Below the pieces are notes generated by a model, which saw nothing but the letters and a program-made list of their open reading frames with translations, ran no database searches and had not been told where the DNA came from. Positions 26,668 to 32,233 of a stretch of 32,233 nt of DNA are shown piece by piece. Numbering within the stretch: the first letter of the stretch is position 1; every line of letters begins with the position of its first letter. The position numbers were made by a program, and so were the translations under genes. The DNA lies in contig JACRCW010000114.1 of the NCBI GenBank assembly GCA_016218805.1, positions 1-32,233 of the forward strand, read 5' to 3'. The stretch is from Deltaproteobacteria bacterium (GTDB lineage Bacteria > Myxococcota > JACRCW01).

Positions 26668-28749
26668 ATGGCCGAATCTCCCGCCCCCCCTGAACCCGGC
26701 ACTCCCCCCGAAGTCCCTGACCTGCCCGGCGGTGCGGACGAGCCGCCTCCCGCCGCCACCGGCGCGGGTTGGAAGACCTACATGGTGGCCGGCGTCGTTG
26801 CCGTGTTCATCATTGGCGGCGCCGCCTTTGGCGCCATGAAGTACAAGCAGATGCAGGAGGAGGAGGCCGAGCGCCTCAAGGCGGAGGCCGCCGCCGCGGC
26901 TCCCGCAGCGCCGGCGCCACCGGCCATTCCCGAGGGACCGTGGGAGCGCTGGGATCCCGGCGCGGACGGGAAGGCGGCCATTGAGAAGGCCAACACGGCC
27001 GCTGCCGCGGATGCGGTGCTGCTGGCGGGCAACAAGGTGGCCGCCGAGTTGGCCAAGCGCGCATTGGAACCGGAGGCGCCGGTGGTGACGTTGAAGTTTG
27101 GGCAGGAGGGCGCGGACCCCAAGCCGCCGCACCCGTTGACGGCGCGGCTGCCCACCGCGCAGGCGCTGCACAAGATCAGCACGGAGGTGGAGGGCACCCT
27201 GGGCCTCAAGGTGCGCCTGCTGCACGCGTGGAACTCCGCCGCGGAGTTCAAGGCGCTGCAGGATGCCGCGCCCACGCTGGCGGCGGTCCCCGGGGGGGAC
27301 GCCCACTTTGCTGACGCGGTGGACATCTCCAACACGGACGGCGCGGGCAAGAAGGCGCTCACGCTGGGGACGGACGGCAAGGTCATCTTCCTGGAGGAGG
27401 TCCAGGACAAGTCCGGCCTGCCGCGCTTTGAGGCCGTCATTGAGAAGATTGAGGCGGACGCCATCAAGGAGGCGCCCAAGAAGAAGAAGGCGGTGGTGCA
27501 GGCCTGGGTGGACTCAGTGGAGCAGGACTTCCACAACGGCGTGTGGGGCGTGCACGACGCCACCATGGAGGTGTGGCAGAAGAACGGCTGGGCCATTGGC
27601 CATTGCGGCGAGGTCCAGGCGCGGTCCTGGCACGCGGAGCCGGTTCGGACCATGAAGGACTGCACGCGCTTTTCCGGCGCGTACAACGAGCGCATCCGCA
27701 ACTACCACCTCAGCGCCGGCGCTTCGGAGCCGTACGTGATGGCGGCCATGGAGCTGGCCCGCAAGGGCGGGGACCTGGAGCCCTACCTGATGCCGGAGCC
27801 CGAACGCGAGTTGAATGACGCCGTCAACGCCTCCCTGCCGGACAACTTCACGCTCATTGGCTTCAACCGCGTGAGCCCCAAGGTTTCCGGCAAGGCGGAG
27901 GACTGGGACGCGCCCATTGTGTTCCTCAAGATGGGCGGCGTGGACCGCAAGGGCCGCGTGCAGCGCGTGCTGGGCCGGTTTGCCACCGCCAACGCGGTCA
28001 ATGAGATTGCCAAGGAGATTGAGGCGACCTTTGGCCTCAAGGTCCGCGCCAACTTCCTGTGGCGCACCAACGCGGTGCAGCACGCGCTGCGCACGGCCAA
28101 TCCCAAGCTGGCCGCGCTGCCGGGGACGTCCAACCACTTTGTGAACGCGGCGGACATTTCACGCGCGGAGGCCACCGGGAAGAACGTGCTGACACTGGGG
28201 ACGGACGGGAAGATCATCATGCTGGAGGACCTCAAGACGCCGGAGGGGCTGGCGCGCTTCAAGGAGGTCATCAAGCGCATTGAGGCGGACGAACTGAAGA
28301 AGGCCGGCAAGAACCAGAAGCGCGCGGACAAGGTGGTGGACGCGTGGGTGAAGACGGCGGAGGAGGACCTCAACGCGGGCGTGTGGGGCATGACGGACGC
28401 CACCATGGACATCTGGCGCAAGCACGGGTGGACCACCGGCCACTGCGGCGAGATTGCCTATGAGAGCTGGCACACCGAGCCCATTGGCAAGATGAAGAAG
28501 TGCGACCGCTGGGATGCCACGTACAACAAGCGCATCAAGACCTACCGCAAGAAGCCGCCGCCCAGCGAAGACGCGGTGTTTGAGCTGGTGGAGGCGGTGT
28601 TGTCCAAGCCGCTGCCCTCCGCCGCCGAGTTCAAGAAGGCTGCCGCCAAGAAGGGCGGCGGCGGCGGGTGCAAGGGCATCGGCTGCCTGGAGAAGGCGGC
28701 CAAGGACGTCATGAAGATGGGCGGCGGCATGTTTGGCAAGAAGAAGTGA
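26668..28749 (+). CDS. Membrane-anchored protein with two tandem M15/VanY-like (LAS) peptidase domains; only the second has a full catalytic motif set
   Basis: Pro-rich N-terminus and one TM helix. Internal duplication (GLKVR...LTLGTDGK...GVWG.DATM..W.K.GW..GHCGE...SWH.EP). Repeat 2 has WRT...Q, PGTSNH, AAD and ESWH. Confidence 0.75.
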   Translation: MAESPAPPEPGTPPEVPDLPGGADEPPPAATGAGWKTYMVAGVVAVFIIGGAAFGAMKYKQMQEEEAERLKAEAAAAAPAAPAPPAIPEGPWERWDPGADGKAAIEKANTAAAADAVLLAGNKVAAELAKRALEPEAPVVTLKFGQEGADPKPPHPLTARLPTAQALHKISTEVEGTLGLKVRLLHAWNSAAEFKALQDAAPTLAAVPGGDAHFADAVDISNTDGAGKKALTLGTDGKVIFLEEVQDKSGLPRFEAVIEKIEADAIKEAPKKKKAVVQAWVDSVEQDFHNGVWGVHDATMEVWQKNGWAIGHCGEVQARSWHAEPVRTMKDCTRFSGAYNERIRNYHLSAGASEPYVMAAMELARKGGDLEPYLMPEPERELNDAVNASLPDNFTLIGFNRVSPKVSGKAEDWDAPIVFLKMGGVDRKGRVQRVLGRFATANAVNEIAKEIEATFGLKVRANFLWRTNAVQHALRTANPKLAALPGTSNHFVNAADISRAEATGKNVLTLGTDGKIIMLEDLKTPEGLARFKEVIKRIEADELKKAGKNQKRADKVVDAWVKTAEEDLNAGVWGMTDATMDIWRKHGWTTGHCGEIAYESWHTEPIGKMKKCDRWDATYNKRIKTYRKKPPPSEDAVFELVEAVLSKPLPSAAEFKKAAAKKGGGGGCKGIGCLEKAAKDVMKMGGGMFGKKK

Positions 28750-28781
28750 AGCGGTGTGGAACCGCCGTCCCGCTGGTCGCT

Positions 28782-28813
28782 GCGGCGGGGCCTGTACCCG
28801 CCGCGGTGCGTGA
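28782..28813 (+). repeat. REP-like palindrome, second copy (GTAG decayed to GCTG); may act as terminator or stabiliser
   Basis: GCGGCGGGGCCTGTACCCGCCGCGGTGCGTGA is the reverse complement of 1479-1510 with 1 mismatch; it starts 33 bp after a stop codon. Confidence 0.75.
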
Positions 28814-28903
28814 TGATGTCAAACCCCATTCCGTTCCCTGCGGCGGCTGCAGCTGCCGCCGTGACGACGGATTTCCGAGTTCACTGACAACAGGAGGAAG
28901 ACC

Positions 28904-29299
28904 ATGAGCAAGACGTTGGCAGCTGTGTGTGGCGTGGTGGTTACCGGATTCCTGGCCGGCCTGGCCTGCGGGTCCAGCAAGGCCGAACAGAAGCCGGAAG
29001 AGAAGACTGAGACCGGCGCCCCCGCCGCCGCGGCAGCGGAAGCGCCCAAGCCGTGCGATCTGTTCAAGCAGGACTGCGCGGAGGGCCAGGCGTGCACCTT
29101 TGCGCAGGGCCAGTCCGTGTGCGTGGCGTCCGGCGCGGCCAAGGATGGTGACCCGTGCAAGACGGGCAATGACTGCGGCAAGGGCCTGTTCTGCACGTCC
29201 GCCGGGTGCAAGGCCATCTGCGACGCGGCGCACCCGTGCGCCGGGGGCGTCAACTGCACCATGTTCACCAACAACAACACGCTGGGCGCCTGCCAGTAG
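28904..29299 (+). CDS. Small Cys-rich lipoprotein
   Basis: AGGAGG RBS, signal peptide with GLAC lipobox, Ala/Glu linker, 12 further Cys in the C-terminal domain. Confidence 0.85.
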   Translation: MSKTLAAVCGVVVTGFLAGLACGSSKAEQKPEEKTETGAPAAAAAEAPKPCDLFKQDCAEGQACTFAQGQSVCVASGAAKDGDPCKTGNDCGKGLFCTSAGCKAICDAAHPCAGGVNCTMFTNNNTLGACQ

Positions 29300-29391
29300 C
29301 GTGCTTGCACGCACCCTCCCCGCGGCATGAGATGGCCGCGGTGGAGGTGGGCGTGGTCAAGGTCTGCTCTCCCGCATCCTGCGGCGCGCCG
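29212..29391. repeat. 180-bp direct repeat, left copy (right copy 30090-30269)
   Basis: Manual alignment at offset 878. Differences: TAG/CAG (29297/30175), one extra G in GGTGGGCG, and AAGGTCTG versus AAGGCACTG. Confidence 0.95.
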
Positions 29392-29415
29392 GATCGCACC
29401 ATCGGCCTGACTTCG

Positions 29416-29793
29416 TCATGAATCGTCGGGGGCGGCTGGCGGCCGAGTGATCCGCAGCCTGTTGGCGGTGGCGACGACAAAACACCGCCGGAATGTGACT
29501 GCATCTGGCGAGGTCAACCATCCCACCACGTAGTCGGCCACGCGCCATTGCTCAGCGTCTGGCAACAGCACCAGCAAGATCCCGTGGTGGTTACCGGGTG
29601 CGAACTTGCGGACGTCAGAGAAATCCAGGTCCTGCGTGACAAGAAACCGCTCCTGGGCTTGCGCTTGCGCCCAGATATCCCCGTCGGGATGTCCGCGGAG
29701 CCCTTCATCGTGGACGGTATGGACATCAAGACCCCGCGCGAGGAGGCGCCTGGCGGCCGACGTGGGAATGTTCTCGTCGAGCTTGATCTTCAC
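29416..29793 (-). CDS. PIN-like toxin (DUF5615 / VapC45-like)
   Basis: MKIKLDENIP, DVHTV, PDGDIW, FLVTQDLDF, HHGILL. GTG overlaps the antitoxin stop. Confidence 0.9.
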   Translation of the reverse strand: MKIKLDENIPTSAARRLLARGLDVHTVHDEGLRGHPDGDIWAQAQAQERFLVTQDLDFSDVRKFAPGNHHGILLVLLPDAEQWRVADYVVGWLTSPDAVTFRRCFVVATANRLRITRPPAAPDDS

Positions 29794-30041
29794 GCGACCT
29801 TGACCTCAGGAGGAATGGGGGCCGGGGCCGGCAGGTCTTCGCTCGCAGCCGCGGCGGCAAAAGCAATGACGGAGCGGACGTCCTCCACGGTGAGGCTGGG
29901 GTACTCCCGCACAATGACCTCGGCGCTATCACCATGGGCAAGGCAGCCGAGCACGGTGCGCACGAGGACGCGTGTCCCGCGGATCACCGGTTGGCCTCCG
30001 CAGATGGATGGGTCCCTCACAATGCGTTCCTGGAAGGTCAT
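29790..30041 (-). CDS. DUF433 antitoxin
   Basis: MTFQERIVRDPSICGGQPVIRGTRVLV...LAHG....I..EYPSLT.EDV; GGAGG RBS before ATG 30041. Confidence 0.92.
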   Translation of the reverse strand: MTFQERIVRDPSICGGQPVIRGTRVLVRTVLGCLAHGDSAEVIVREYPSLTVEDVRSVIAFAAAAASEDLPAPAPIPPEVKVA

Positions 30042-30089
30042 GCCGCCTCCGTGTTGCACCCATGACGATACCGCCGGCCGGCCAAGGAT

Positions 30090-30269
30090 GGCCATCTGCG
30101 ACGCGGCGCACCCGTGCGCCGGGGGCGTCAACTGCACCATGTTCACCAACAACAACACGCTGGGCGCCTGCCAGCAGCGTGCTTGCACGCACCCTCCCCG
30201 CGGCATGAGATGGCCGCGGTGGAGGTGGCGTGGTCAAGGCACTGCTCTCCCGCATCCTGCGGCGCGCCG
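30090..30269. repeat. 180-bp direct repeat, right copy; contains the functional start of the HDAC gene
   Basis: Aligns to 29212-29391 with the three differences listed for the left copy. Confidence 0.95.
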
Positions 30270-32002
30270 TCGTTGGACGGCACGTGCGCATCTGGCACCA
30301 CCCCGCCTACCGGCTGCCGCTGGGGACGCTGGACGGTGCACGCTCGGTGGAGCCGCGGCGTGCGGACCTGGTGCGCTGGTACGCGCTGCAGAGCGGGTTT
30401 GCCACGGCGGACAACTTCCGCGTGCCCCCGGCGTGCAGCTGGGAGGAACTGGAGCGCGTCCACACCCACCGGCTCATTGAGGACATCTCGTCCGCGGACG
30501 GGCTGGCGCGCGTGTTCAGCGTGGACCCCGCGGAAGTGCCGGTGGACAGCCTGCTGGCCATGGTGCGGCACGCGGTGGGCGGGACCGTGCAGGCCGCCTA
30601 CGAAGCGCTGAGCACCCAGCGGCCCATGCTCAACCTGCTGGGCGGCTTTCACCACGCCGGGAAGGACCGCGCCGGCGGGTTCTGCCCGGTCAATGACATG
30701 GCCGTGGCGGTGGCGGCGCTGCGCGCGGGCGGGTGGACGGGGAAGGTGGCCGTCATTGACCTGGATGCGCACCCGCCGGACGGCACGGCGGACTGCCTGG
30801 CGCATGATGACGGCACGTGGGTGGGCTCGCTGTCCGGCAGCGACTGGGGGCCCCTGCCCCGCTCCGACGAGACGGTGCTGCCGCTGCGCTGCCCGGACCG
30901 CCCCTACCTGGCCGCGCTGCGCGCGCTGCTGGAGCGCATGCCGCGGCCGGACCTGGCGTTTGTGGTGGCAGGAGGGGACGTGCTGGCCCAGGACCCGTTG
31001 GGGCAGCTGGGGCTGACGCTGCGCGGCACCCTGGAGCGTGACGCCCTGGTGCTGCGCTTCCTGCGCGGGCGTGCGTCCGTGTGGCTGCCCGGCGGCGGCT
31101 ACACGGGCGACGCGTGGAAGGTGCTGGCGCAGACGGCGGAGCTGCTGACCACGCACACCGTGCACGCCCCGGTGGATGCGGACCCCATGGGGGCGCGGTT
31201 CGCGCACGTGGCGGGGCAGATGGACACCACGCGCCTGCAGGGCGGCGGCGAGTCCTGGATTTCCCAGGAGGACGTGGACGCGGAGCTGGGCGCGCCCGGC
31301 GCGGGCGCCCGGCGTCTGCTGGGCTACTACACCGCGGAGGGGCTGGAGTACGGCCTGTTCCGGTACGGCATCCTCACGCACATCCACCGCCTGGGTTACA
31401 CGGCGCTGACCATTGAGGTGCACAACGAATCCGAAGGCGACCGCCTGCGCGTCACCGGCGAATGGGACGGCAAGCGCGACACGCTGATGGACATTGTGCT
31501 GGCGCGGCGCATGGTGGCGGGGGAGCAACCGGTGCTGTTCATCCACTGGCTGGAGTTGCGGCACCCGCGGGCGCAGTTTTCGGATTCGCGCCCGCGGCTG
31601 CCGGGGCAGAACGTCCCCGGGCCGGGGCTGGCCCGCGAAGCCGCGGAGATGCTGGGACAGATGGCGCGCCGCCTGGGGCTCAAGGGGTTGTGCTTCAAGC
31701 CCGCGCACTTCCACGTGGCGTATGGGGCGCGGCACCGGTTTGTGTTCACCATGCCGGAGCGGCAGGCGCGCTTCTTGGCGCTGCTGCGCGCGCTGCGGCC
31801 GCTGCCGCTGCTGGAGGCCACGCGCGCCGTGGAGGAGGGCCGCGTGGTGCTGGACGGGAATCCCTACGCGTGGGAACCGGATGACATGGTGTACTGGCTG
31901 GACGGCTCACGCCCCGACGACACGCGCGCGCGCGCGCTGGCGGAGAGGCTGGTCTTCACAGTGGCCCCCGTCCAAGGCCCGCCGGATTCCATGGGGCCCT
32001 GA
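30230..32002 (+). CDS. Histone-deacetylase-family (AcuC/AphA-like) amidohydrolase with long C-terminal extra domain
   Basis: LERVH, GGT, GGFHHAG, GGFCPVND, VIDLDAHPPDGT, AGGD, PGGGY, followed by about 290 further residues. GGAGG before GTG 30230. Confidence 0.9.
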   Translation: MVKALLSRILRRAVVGRHVRIWHHPAYRLPLGTLDGARSVEPRRADLVRWYALQSGFATADNFRVPPACSWEELERVHTHRLIEDISSADGLARVFSVDPAEVPVDSLLAMVRHAVGGTVQAAYEALSTQRPMLNLLGGFHHAGKDRAGGFCPVNDMAVAVAALRAGGWTGKVAVIDLDAHPPDGTADCLAHDDGTWVGSLSGSDWGPLPRSDETVLPLRCPDRPYLAALRALLERMPRPDLAFVVAGGDVLAQDPLGQLGLTLRGTLERDALVLRFLRGRASVWLPGGGYTGDAWKVLAQTAELLTTHTVHAPVDADPMGARFAHVAGQMDTTRLQGGGESWISQEDVDAELGAPGAGARRLLGYYTAEGLEYGLFRYGILTHIHRLGYTALTIEVHNESEGDRLRVTGEWDGKRDTLMDIVLARRMVAGEQPVLFIHWLELRHPRAQFSDSRPRLPGQNVPGPGLAREAAEMLGQMARRLGLKGLCFKPAHFHVAYGARHRFVFTMPERQARFLALLRALRPLPLLEATRAVEEGRVVLDGNPYAWEPDDMVYWLDGSRPDDTRARALAERLVFTVAPVQGPPDSMGP

Positions 32003-32047
32003 CGCCGCCTCCCGGGTTATTAGCAGCGCCCGCGGCGACCGCGCTGA

Positions 32048-32233
32048 CCAGACGGCGCCTGCATCAACCCAGACAGCGCCTGCATCAACCCAGAGGGCGC
32101 CTGCATCAACCCAGACGGCGCCTGCATCAACCCAGACGGCGCCTGCATCAACCCAGACGGCGCCTGCATCAACCCAGACGGCGCCTGCATCAACCCAGAC
32201 GGCGCCTGCATCAACCCAGACGGCGCCTGCATC
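32048..32233. repeat. 21-bp tandem repeat (CCAGACGGCGCCTGCATCAAC), at least 8.9 copies, runs off the window
   Basis: Units start at 32048, 32069, 32090 ... 32216; single substitutions only in copies 2 and 3; no spacers. Confidence 0.97.

Noticed and set aside
29392..30089. Integron cassette or IS element carrying the TA pair
   Set aside because: No attC-like palindrome, terminal inverted repeats or transposase seen; the flanks are host-sequence duplications.
30088..30480. New ORF created by an ATG at the repeat junction and TAG-to-CAG read-through
   Set aside because: Out of frame with and overlapping the HDAC gene; best explained as a by-product of the duplication.
32048..32233. CRISPR array
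   Set aside because: Repeats are head-to-tail with no unique spacers, and there are no cas genes.

Overview
GC-rich bacterial chromosomal window, most consistent with Myxococcota/Deltaproteobacteria (inferred from MscS-cNMP, TPR-cNMP, Cys-rich lipoproteins and a long HDAC). It holds about 25 genes: an MFS transporter, a glpK-kdsD-psuG-maf operon, leucine dehydrogenase, a ceramidase-like protein, a giant FN3/lamin-tail lipoprotein and three dispersed amide/peptide ligases. The most notable structures are: (1) two small integrase-free inserts, each between long near-perfect direct repeats of host sequence (92 bp around a GTAG-REP doublet plus tandem repeats; 180 bp around a DUF433/PIN toxin-antitoxin pair); (2) a PilB/GspE ATPase with an N-terminal cNMP-binding domain, paired with a TPR-cNMP gene and with no pilus genes in the window; (3) a translationally coupled Schlafen/AlbA_2-HATPase + ParA-like cassette; (4) a membrane-anchored protein with tandem M15-peptidase-like domains, one intact and one degenerate. 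I see no rRNA, tRNA, CRISPR array, integrase, transposase or reverse transcriptase. All family calls come from motif recognition by eye, not database searches.
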